Assembly: GCF_964355755.1 (NCBI RefSeq)
Contig: NC_092675.1
Span: 19,688,912 to 19,752,911, forward strand
From: Antedon mediterranea
Taxonomy: Eukaryota; Animalia; Echinodermata
Reading direction: 5' to 3'
DNA length: 64,000 nt
Of the stretch, positions 27,301 through 36,959 are shown one piece after another. Within the stretch, counting starts at the first letter, position 1; every line of letters begins with the position of its first letter. The notes beneath the pieces are model-generated. The model was not told the DNA's origin, did not search any database, and saw nothing but the letters and a program-made list of their open reading frames with translations. The translations under genes and the position numbers were made by a program.

Positions 27301-30300
27301 AATAAGAGTTTAAGTAACTCACAGAGGTTAGGTGTAATAAATCTTTTATTTAAGAGTGGAAAGAGAGAGTGTCTCGAAAACTGGAGACCAATTACATTGC
27401 TAAATGTAGATTACAAAATAATGGCACATGCTCTTTCAAACAGACTAAAAAAAGTATTAGGGTCTATTGTCAGTAATGATCAAAAAGGATATATTAATGA
27501 GAGATTTGGAGGAGAAAATATTAGACTAGTTGAAGATGTGTTGTCTTATACGAAAGAAAAGCAAATACCAGGAGCCATGATTTTTCTTGACTTTGCTAAG
27601 GCATTCGACTCAATAGATAGAAAGCTAATGTTAAATGTTCTAAGAAAGTTTGGTTTTGGTTTATCTTTTGTACATTGGATAAATGTAATATACACAGGCA
27701 CTAGATGTATGGTTAAAAATAACGGATGGGTTTCAAACAGTTTTAATATGGAATGTGGAGTACGTCAAGGTTGCCCGTTGTCTGCACTATTATTTACAGT
27801 TGTAGTCGAGGTAATGGCAATAAATATAAGGAATAATCCATTGTGTAAGGGAATTGAATTACCTGAGAATAAAAATATTGATAATATGGTGAAAATAGCT
27901 CAGCTCGCTGATGACACTGTGATTTTTACATCAGGTGAAAATAGTTTAAAATATTTTTTCACTGAAATCAATGCATTTTGTAATATTTCAGGGTTGAAGC
28001 TAAATAAAGGAAAATGTAAAGGAATCTGGATTGGATCAATTCAGAATAACCTAGCAACCCCTTGTGGTATCACTTGGACGAAAGAGCCAGTGAAATTCCT
28101 CGGAATTTATGTAGGCTATAAAAAAGGTGTTTGTGAAAAAAAAAACTGGGATGATAAAATTATGGAGTTAGAACATACTTTAAGGCTATGGGAAAAACGA
28201 CACCTTACCTTCTTTGGAAAAATGATAATAATTAAAAGTCTAGCAATTTCAAAATTAATATACAATGCTAGTATTATCAATGTACCAAAACATGTATTTC
28301 CAATGGTAGAGAAGTTACTGTATAGATTCCTATGGGGAAATAAAAAAGAAAAGATTAAGAGGAAAACACTTATAAATAAAATAGAAGAAGGAGGGGTTAA
28401 TATGATTGATTTTTATGTAGTTGTGAACTCGTTAAAGCTAAACTGGGTTAAGAGACTACTTAGCCCAGACCCAGGCAAGTGGAAATGTATTCCAAAATAT
28501 TACATGTACCCTATAGAATGTACATTAGAGATAAGTAGGCTTAATTTTGAAGAGCATAAACAATTACAAATTATGCCTGAATTTTATTTAAATATGATTA
28601 ATGCAATTGTGAAAATAAATAATATTGAAATATTAGATCCTCAAAATGTACAGGAAATTAAATCTCAAACCTTGTGGGAAAATAAACATATACTGTCAGA
28701 CGGAAAGTCTTTATACTTCAAAGATTGGTTAAAGTCGGGCTATAAAACAATTGGTGACATTTTGGTCAATAACACAATTGTAAGTCTTAGAGATTTAATT
28801 CCCACGTTATTAGTAAAGCATAATGGGATAATAGAATACTTCAAGCTCATGAATGCTATTCCTATTGAATGGAAGGAAGTATTGGCACGACATAGATTAG
28901 AGAAAGAACAAGTTAATGTTGATATTAAAAATGAATTATTCAAATCAAATGTTAAAACAGGTTTTTATGATAAGTTTATATTTGAACTAAAGACAGTGCC
29001 AATCTCCCAAGTAAAATGGGAAGCAGAGTTTTTAAATAAGACTATGGTATGGAACAAAATATGGAATAATAAAGTCAAAGATATGAAACATATGGTAAAA
29101 GTTGCGCAATTCAATTTTAAACTTTTACATCGCATACTTGTTTGTAATAAAAGATTACATATTTGGAAATTGTCTAAAACTAATATTTGCGATAGATGTA
29201 AGAATGTGATAGAAAACGAAGAACATATGTTACTTAAGTGTAAAGTGATTAAGCCAGTTTGGAGGAAATTCAATAATCTTATTGTTGAATGTTTTCCCAA
29301 TGAAACGCCAATACATTGGTTTGATATAGTTACTGGTTCCAAAGATAAACTTGTAAATGAGCTAACATCTATCTTTACGTTTTGTATATACAAATCCCGC
29401 ATAAGGCTTAGTTTATTAGATAACATGATGGGTAACGAATCAAAAAGTATCTTGAATATGTTTAAGTTTGAATTAAAAAATCTTATAGAAAATGAATACG
29501 CATGTAATCAGTATAAAGCAGTTATAAAATGGAATGATGTTAAAATTAAATTATTAGAATTCATAAAATAAGAAAAATATAAAACTAGTACAAGCTGTAG
29601 TGTAAAACTAACACCTAGACTTATACTAAAACTAATACATGATAGAAATAAATGTATTAGGGTAAAACATAGACTGAAACACACGGTCAAGCATATAAGT
29701 AAACAAACTGGTAAATGTAAAGGGCCAACATAGTAAGAAAAGAACTTTAAAGGAATAGAAATAGTGGAATGAAACAAATGTTATACAAGGCCAAAACATA
29801 AAAAGTAGCATATAATGTGTTTATAATAACTATATTAAACTGATTCGTAAATGTAAATAGGTATATTAATGTGTGTATGTGTGTATATATTTGTAACGGA
29901 TGTAATATAAGGTCAAAAGAAATAAAGAAACAAATTGTGAGTACTGATTTAAGATATAATAAAAGAAACAGCTACTTTTTAATACATTTCTTAATATAAA
30001 GTAAATTTAAATGATAAATAGTTGTACTTTTACTATAACTTGCAATAAACATAAAATGTACGTTTTTAAAGCATACTTTTACTCCATCGATTTTATGTAC
30101 ATGTATAGATATAGTGCCTTTTTAGCTGTTATATTGCATTTTTATTGTTCTTTATTTTATAAAAATGTATGTATGTTATGTAATATATATTTGTAAAAGG
30201 AATGAATAAATGTGGGTGACCCCCACGAAAGAGAAAAAAAAGTAACAACAGTCAGCGTCAATCATGAAACTAATGTAATGACCTGCTAAAAGGCATTCAT

Positions 30301-32622
30301 GTAGTTTTTTTGTTTTCTTAAGCCATATAATAAGTTAGCCTACACGTCATACATTTTTAATTTAGATGAAAGTTCAAATTAATTAATTTGTATTAAACCT
30401 TGTAGGTTACCACTATCAACCATGGATAAAAGTGGATCTTTCACAAGAACACAAAGTCACGAGTGTTACGATCATCAATATGGTTGAACAAGGTAACAGA
30501 TAAAACTGTAACTTTTAGGCCTATGTGTAATAAACACAGCAAAATGAAATTACAAATGTGATCAATTCAATAATTGGTCACATGTACTTCTTAAATGAAT
30601 AAAAGGTTCTGAACTGTAGTTTACAGTATTTAAAATGTGTATGTTTATATTCTGTGTTTTGTTATTTCTATACACTTTATTTGACAATATTTAGGACGTG
30701 TGTATCATGAACGATTACTAGATGCTGAAGTACGAATTGGATCTGATTATTCTTACCCAAGCACATTGTGTGGATCCGTTACTGATGTCCAGACTAGCCC
30801 TATCATCGACATAATCTGTCCAGTTCCAACCATTGGTCGTTACGTAATGGTATGGTTTTCATCAAAAACGCAGTATTTGAACTTTTGTGAAATAAAAGTC
30901 TATGCGGAATATGAATATGTAACTGGTATGTCAGCCTAAAGTGTCTTTCAAAACTTTATTTTAAATAGTATTAATGTTCAAAGTTACACAACAGTCTAAC
31001 AAGCCAAATTCTTATTGTATTCTAGTTACAGTAGGCCTATTGTAATTCAATTAAAGTTTTGAACCATGTAATAAACGCATCTAATATATAAATTTACGTA
31101 AGGGCAAAATTCGATAAATCTCGGTTAATTTATAGAATTTTTACTCGATGGTATATAAAGTTGGTTCATACTTTCGGTACTGATTTTAACCATCTGACAT
31201 AACCCTGTTTACTAATTAAATTGAGTTAGGTAATTAGTTATTGACGATTAAAACGAATTTAGGTTCAACGATTTGCCCCAAATAGGGGTGTTTTCCGATC
31301 GTGGTATACACTGTCTAATGGATGTCCATCTTGAAAAATACCCGCCACAAAAATGCGAGGAGGCTTCGCATTTTCCTATCTCCTCCTACGATAATTGTTT
31401 TTAATAGCTGAAAACTGGTTGAACAGCTAGAGTACAGCATCATAATGTTGAAGACAGGCCGATTTTCTTAAAAGAATACTATTTTGATAGATTTAATATA
31501 CGATTATACAAATTAAGTCATCTTAATTATAATTGTGCCAGATATAAAATACAGGGTTCACATATTGACGATCTTCCATTGGTTTCAGGTGATTTTCAGA
31601 GAATTCTGAATCCCATCACACTGTTTACTTTGAGTATGGCTTGTTTGTTGGAAAACTTCTACGGAAAGCTGCCAATACGACCATGTAACTATGGTAATAA
31701 TGAGTGTGCAGATGACACTTCAGAGTCAATTGAGGTTGCGACTTTAGACCCATACTCCAGCGGAACACAAACGTTGACAATCGCCTTCTATGTCTACCCG
31801 TACCAGAGTTCAATGGGCGATATTATTGGATTATCCGAAAAAGGAACCAGTCTACGAATACAACAAACGTATTCCAATGGTAATCTATATCAATCTGAGG
31901 TAACTGTATTCTATGGAAATCAGGAACTGACTAGAGCTCATGTTCTATTGCCTGAAGTTTGGACATTTCTTACTCTGACTTTCGATGGAATCAATCAAAA
32001 CGTCAAACTCTGGAGGAATGGAGAGATTGCAAGTATTGGTTATACACAACGTACGCATTTAGATTTCTATTTCAATGAGACAACAATCAAAATTGGGCAT
32101 GATGGCTCCGAGGCACAAACTAACGTCGCGATGTTTCAAATTTATGATAGAGTACTTGACGAATCCGAGATCAAAGCAGTACGAGATCGTTCTACTAATG
32201 GTAATAAATATAATACTTCTTAAATAATTAAATATCAATACCTCTCATATCTCCACCGATAGTTAACTGATAGCACTGTTTTTGTTGATGTAAATCAGTG
32301 CAAACTTGGGCTTTTGAGCTCTAAGCTCCGAGTGATATTGTCTCTCTTTGTAATAATTTTTTTATAATTTCTATATTAAATTTCAGGTCAAGACGGTCTT
32401 TACGAGACCCTGTTAACATTAGCGGACTTTCAGGGCAAAATTCTGCATACTGTATATTCTCGATCATTGGTTCATTGTGGTCAGATATGCAAATCAAAAT
32501 GCTGTGACGTGTTCAAGTTTACAATGGCTAATAACAGTTGCACCTTGTATTCAACTCAGCAACCTCACGAAACATTTGCAGTAATAAACGGCGAACATTA
32601 CAGACATGTTAACGTAATCTAA
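24337..32622 (+). CDS. Secreted multidomain lectin-like protein, copy 1 (signal peptide + F-type lectin/F5-8C domain + LamG/ConA-like domain + PAN/apple domain), 443 aa
   Basis: Exons 24337-24382, 26710-26829, 30406-30492, 30695-30925, 31589-32200, 32387-32622; all introns are phase-1 GT-AG; total 1,332 nt, open. FTLD motifs AQATST..FATDG..CYHS..PWIKVDL..VTSVTIIN..RLLDAEVRIG..CG..C..GRYV..LNFCEIKV; LamG-like LTIAFYVYP..WTFLTLTFDG..VKLWRNG..FQIYDRVLDESEIKA; PAN-like SLVHCGQICKSKCCDVFKF..NSCTLY. Confidence 0.85.
24563..25139 (-). mobile_element. 5'-truncated L1/Tx1-type LINE remnant (C-terminal zinc knuckle + 3' UTR)
   Basis: ORF 24819..25163(-) has CNNCGVIEDEKHIFYYC (CCHC zf-RVT-like); the 3' end on - reads GAATGAATAAAGGTGGTGGTTAACCACAAAAGAGAAAGAAAAC; GTACCTTAATGTTT on both sides may be the TSD, but this is ambiguous inside a minisatellite. 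Confidence 0.75.
25187..25990 (+). mobile_element. DINE-1/HINE-type non-autonomous Helentron-like element, ~800 bp
   Basis: Inserted in a T-run; 5' subTIR AGTCGCGTG with a nearby partial inverted copy GCGACT; (GTCY/GTCG)n microsatellite at 25219-25285, duplicated at 25883-25940; 3' subTIR CACGCGACT (25963-25971), then a short stem GGC-TGTTG-GCC and TT. Confidence 0.75.
26968..30240 (+). mobile_element. Young 5'-truncated L1/Tx1-clade LINE inserted in intron 2 of lectin copy 1
   Basis: Perfect 16-bp TSD AGTAACAACAGTCAGC at 26952-26967 and 30241-30256; AATAAA at ~30205, then a hairpin and an A-rich tail; uninterrupted ORF2 remnant. Confidence 0.93.
27190..29571 (+). CDS. LINE ORF2 remnant: reverse transcriptase + C-terminal CCHC zinc knuckle (endonuclease domain lost by 5' truncation)
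   Basis: KSPGSDG, NWRPITLLNVDYKI, LDFAKAFDSI, GVRQGCPLS, QLADDT, KFLGI, CDRC..ENEEHMLLKC; the frame stays open upstream to the 5' junction (~26971). Confidence 0.93.
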   Translation: MKLNKSPGSDGLSVEFYRHFWEYLKDILCNSLNYSYNNKSLSNSQRLGVINLLFKSGKRECLENWRPITLLNVDYKIMAHALSNRLKKVLGSIVSNDQKGYINERFGGENIRLVEDVLSYTKEKQIPGAMIFLDFAKAFDSIDRKLMLNVLRKFGFGLSFVHWINVIYTGTRCMVKNNGWVSNSFNMECGVRQGCPLSALLFTVVVEVMAINIRNNPLCKGIELPENKNIDNMVKIAQLADDTVIFTSGENSLKYFFTEINAFCNISGLKLNKGKCKGIWIGSIQNNLATPCGITWTKEPVKFLGIYVGYKKGVCEKKNWDDKIMELEHTLRLWEKRHLTFFGKMIIIKSLAISKLIYNASIINVPKHVFPMVEKLLYRFLWGNKKEKIKRKTLINKIEEGGVNMIDFYVVVNSLKLNWVKRLLSPDPGKWKCIPKYYMYPIECTLEISRLNFEEHKQLQIMPEFYLNMINAIVKINNIEILDPQNVQEIKSQTLWENKHILSDGKSLYFKDWLKSGYKTIGDILVNNTIVSLRDLIPTLLVKHNGIIEYFKLMNAIPIEWKEVLARHRLEKEQVNVDIKNELFKSNVKTGFYDKFIFELKTVPISQVKWEAEFLNKTMVWNKIWNNKVKDMKHMVKVAQFNFKLLHRILVCNKRLHIWKLSKTNICDRCKNVIENEEHMLLKCKVIKPVWRKFNNLIVECFPNETPIHWFDIVTGSKDKLVNELTSIFTFCIYKSRIRLSLLDNMMGNESKSILNMFKFELKNLIENEYACNQYKAVIKWNDVKIKLLEFIK

Positions 32623-33712
32623 CAGATAATTGATTGAGTCATGTTTAAGAAAATATAATTGGAAAAGTAATGTTATTTTCTTGCATATAACATTGAATAG
32701 TATAATACTGTATTCATATTTATCTCATAGCTCATCAGCTTCCCATTGGCGCGCCATACCAAATTTAAACTAGAAAGCCACTCCGAGTCCTACTGTAAAA
32801 TTCTCATACATAAGTTTTCTCCGGGAAAAAAATATATATATATTTGTGTGTGTCTTAATGCTGTTTGTGATTTAGGCTAGTTTCACTACAAGCATGTGTA
32901 TGCGAGTTTGGTGTTATTCATTTTGGTAAAGATCTTTTAATTACTTTTTGAGTAATCCTGCTAACAAACAAACAAACAGACAAATGAAAGCACTCAGAAA
33001 CTGAGTGAAGTACTTGGCAAAATATATCCACTGACTTGGAGCATGATACATTTTTTTGCTTTAGGTATCAGCTTTACATGGTTATGTTTTAAAATTACAA
33101 ATCACAAATTATAACCCTTGCCTCTTGTCCAAAAATGAGGTTTTTGGAAAAGAGTAGTTCTCGAGAAAATGCAATTTCAGTTTACGTGTTGCTTTAAGAT
33201 TTCTCACAGGCTTTTGAAAATGGTCTCCTATCTTTTAACACTAGCCGGTCTGAAAATAATATCATTTGTGTTATTTGTGAAGTTATTAATACACCAATGT
33301 TGTTGATTTTCAATAAGCATGGTCTGAAAGTATATACCTAAATACACCTAAAAAATTAAGTAACGATAACTTGAAAACTGTATCGCTATCGTGCTAACAA
33401 ACAAACATATATACAAACAAAGTAAATACTATACTTGGCAAAATTTCTTTTTGCCAAGAAACAAACACACGCGATCGATTACATATACCTCCTTGGCGGA
33501 AGTAAATAATGTGTCTCAACCAACGAACAGTATCGCTTTGTCATCAGAAGGGCATCAGTTGATGTTGATAAAAATAAAAAAACACTACTTTTTATTGATA
33601 AACTAGCAGCTTAACTACAAAATGCTAATTGTTCACTTGGTAATGTTGTTAGCCGTTGTAAATGTATAGGCGTAATTAACAAGTACGTCCCTTTTCGGCA
33701 TTCTATTATTGT

Positions 33713-33960
33713 TATTATTATTACTTGTATAGCGCACATTTATACAACATTTAATTATAATCAGCGGCGCTTCACATCAATTAGTATCGTAACATTGTTT
33801 GAAATATAGTGCTTTTAAATGTTTTTTAAACTGATTATAGTCGTCTAAGTGTTTAATGTGACTTGGTAATCTGTTCCAAATTTTGGGTCCTGCTACGACG
33901 AACGAACGGTCAGCAAATGTCTTTCGTTTAGTTCGTGGGATTGTCAGGTTATAATTGCTG
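33713..33960 (-). mobile_element. L2-clade LINE 3' fragment; copies at ~49400-49640 and ~57677-57917
   Basis: The minus strand translates to LTIPRTKRKTFADRSFVVAGPKIWNRLPSHIK..FKKHLKALYF, followed by an L2-type tail GTGCGCTATACAAG(TAA)n. Confidence 0.75.
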
Positions 33961-34992
33961 GTGCTTAAATAGTGTTTCTGTGCATATGTAAATAAACCTG
34001 TTAAGACAGAAAACAGAAAATTATTGAGAGAGCGTATGAATATGTATAATATTTTCTAATCGATTGTTCTTTAAATAGAGATAGATGTATTTTTTCTATT
34101 CGCAAGCATAGACCTCTTTGAATAGAAGAACGATCTATTGATTCTCATTAAAATAATAATTATATTGAATTATATATAAACAAACCAATCGCAAGCGTCG
34201 CGTCCGTTTTGTAGAAACAACAATAATTTGGTAGAGTACATTAATTATGGGGTGTTCACTATCTAAGAGTCTATTAAACACGTGCGTCACCCATCGTGTA
34301 GCCAAAACATTTATTTATTTAAATCCCTAAATGTACAATCGCGTATTCTGTAATTTTACTCTGACTCTATTCAATTGTTGTTTGACGTTCAGTATATTCA
34401 CCAATTATCGTTCAACAAATTACACAAGAAACTCAAATTGCGAAAATAAAAGATCGCGAAATAGTTAAAAATGTAAAATCGCGAAAATTTAGGGCCGCGA
34501 AAATGTTGGACTTTACAATACTAAATTTATTAGTATTTTAAACCAGATTTACAGTAAATATATTCATTTATTTATATTAGTTTTCTTATTGTTTGCTTAA
34601 CACAAGTAGAAAAATATAAATCAGGTTAATGATTTAAAAAACAAAACAAAAAAACTTACTTTTGAAAATAAAAGTATGTATGTAGGCCTATGTTGTCGTC
34701 GCGGATCGAAAGTTGTATCCGATATTGTCGAACCGGTTGGTGGCGTGCTTTGGTATGTAAATCTAATTTACATACCATGAGTCGGTTGTTATGATTGCGG
34801 TATGTGCGCATCCGAAGAAGACATTTTATTTTCACGAAAGAAAGATATTAACAATTTGGCTGCTTTCGTTGTAAGTAGATTGTTAATTATAATGCTAAAC
34901 TGTATTGAAACTATTCTACCTTGTTCTGAACAATTTGACACTAAAAATAATTTCATATGTACAGTACAATATTTTCAAAGTTATGCGATTTG

Positions 34993-35220
34993 AACAGTTT
35001 GAGCCATATTGTGTGTCTCTCAGATTAGTGGTTGCTAAGATATGATAAATCAAGGTCAAAGGTCAATAATGTTAGAATCCGCCATTTTTTGCAAAAACAT
35101 GCCATGCATTAGACTGGATATAAAAGTGTAGTTTCTGGACAATTTAAGCCCTAATTATCTCCGATTAGTGGTTGCTGAGATATGATAAATCAAGGTCAAA
35201 GGTCAATAATGTTAGAAATA
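34993..35220. repeat. ~140-bp tandem repeat containing AGGTCAAAGGTCA (2 units here; ~2.7 units at 50690-50995 and 58967-59272)
   Basis: GATTAGTGGTTGCT.AGATATGATAAATCAAGGTCAAAGGTCAATAATGTTAGAA at ~35023 and ~35163. Confidence 0.75.
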
Positions 35221-35568
35221 GCACTTCCATTCATTTTTGGACAAACTTTTTCATTACAGTGAATATAAAAACATATATTCTAACGATTTTAAAACCATAA
35301 TTAAGTTTCTGTGACTAGCGGTTTCCAAGATACATAGTACATTATTAAAAATGGCCGCCATTTTTAATTATGCAAATTAGGCTACTTTCTGTTGTCGAAA
35401 AATGTCCTAACGTTGATAAATGTGTTCAGTGAGGTCTAAAAAACATATTTCATAAAAAAAAAACTTTTCTTGCAATTTGTGTGAGTTAAAAGTCTAAATC
35501 CCATGGACTATTGGTGTTGTTGCATTGATATAGGACAAATCCTAGTTGTATTGAATGATCTTACTCTA

Positions 35569-36740
35569 AGGTCCATTTACACTAGGACGATAACGATCGA
35601 TGATAAATAGATAAACATGCATTTTTCATACATAACCATCTATGCTTCTTTTGATGAAAATAATATTTGTACACGTCCAAAAAATGACGTCATGATAAAT
35701 ATGTTTATCAAATATCATCTGCAAAATGTAACAACTTGTAACAACAATTTTCTGGAAAATCCCCTGTGAAATCTCGGGATAAAAACACACCAACAAAAGG
35801 CCTGTGTTTTTTAAATGTTCCGAGATCTTCCGAGTTTTTTTACTGCGCGCATGTATTGCTCTGGTATTAACTAACCAATCATAGTAATCAAATAGCGCCC
35901 AACTATCCTTCCCACGAGATTTTACAAGGTTCGCCGATGCGTGTGTGGAAACATGTAATAAGTCGGCAGATTACAAGTTGTTAGAAGCTGTAATAATTTA
36001 CGCAGATGGAATAACTTACCCATCAACATACATAAATCCACAGCGAAGAAAATCTTTTCCTATAATTTTAAACGCCATATTAGTTTAACTTATAAAATAA
36101 TAAAGAAAAGTGAAAAATAAATACCTCTACTCATTGTAATCGATCAACTGCCTCTGTTTGTATCTTGTGTTTCAGTATTTGTGTGTATGTTTCTGTTTGT
36201 TTTTGTTGTGTTACTGCATACAGTATATGTATGAAACATAATGTATGAAAGAGCATTATTAATAATATCTACGGCTTGCCCAACACAAGTTTCTCTTGGG
36301 TTTTAGTCGCGTGCAACGCGACCCTACAGCTCACTATGTCGGTCGGTTGGTCGGTCGGTCGGTAAACACTAACTTGAGCACGCGACTGCAACCATGAATA
36401 TGGCCGTGTTCCTTTTGATTTTACTTTTTGGGACCTTGCCACTTTAAAAAATGAATACTATTTTTTTTTAAACACTTCTTTCTTTTCCTGTCTGTTTAAT
36501 TTCATAAAATATTTGTAAATTAAAAGAAATGTTCTTTTTTTATTGTTAGTTTGTTTTGAAAGAAATAAATGTTAACTTGACTTGACCTGAGATGTGAAAA
36601 GGGTATTAGACAGCATAGATGGTTATCCTATAGTTCTAGCACAAAAACGTTTCTAATTTCTTTTGTTTTATCCAAGACAAAAGTAGGCCTATGTTTATCT
36701 TTTTATTGTCGATCATTATCGCCCTAGTGTAAATGGGCCT
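35569..36740. mobile_element. Harbinger-like MITE, ~1.17 kb; copies at 51344-52527 and 59621-60804
   Basis: TIRs AGGTCCATTTACACTAGGACGATAACGATCGA / TCGATCATTATCGCCCTAGTGTAAATGGGCCT; TSD imperfect (CTA/TAA). Confidence 0.75.
36305..36410 (+). mobile_element. Minimal (~105 bp) HINE of the AGTCGCGTG family nested in the MITE; copies at ~52080-52197 and ~60357-60474
   Basis: TTTT-AGTCGCGTGCAACGCGAC..(GTCG)n..CACGCGACT..CCATGAATATGG stem..TT; same subTIRs as the 25187 element. Confidence 0.7.
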
Positions 36741-36959
36741 TAAAGCTATATGTTATATTTTATCCATATAGTTACTTAATTTACTTAATTGTTGGAATAT
36801 GCTGATAATGATTTCACTTTTCAGTAATAGTTTCAGTAGAAGTTGATTATAATCATTGAATATTATGCAATGATAGTGTTCATTACGAATGGTGATAATT
36901 ATCGTAACATTTAATGTCGATGTTTAAATGTATGATTGAACGAAGATAAGTAAATATAA

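Noticed and set aside
27190-29571. Retron, DGR, group II intron or telomerase-type RT system linked to the repeats or to lectin variability
   Set aside because: Motifs, CCHC knuckle, TSD and A-tail identify an ordinary non-LTR retrotransposon; I found no template/variable repeat pair or adenine-specific variation.
28740-29777. Antisense ORFs over the LINE (and antisense ORFs over SPEF2 and lectin exons)
   Set aside because: Shadow frames of real coding sequence with no recognisable motifs.
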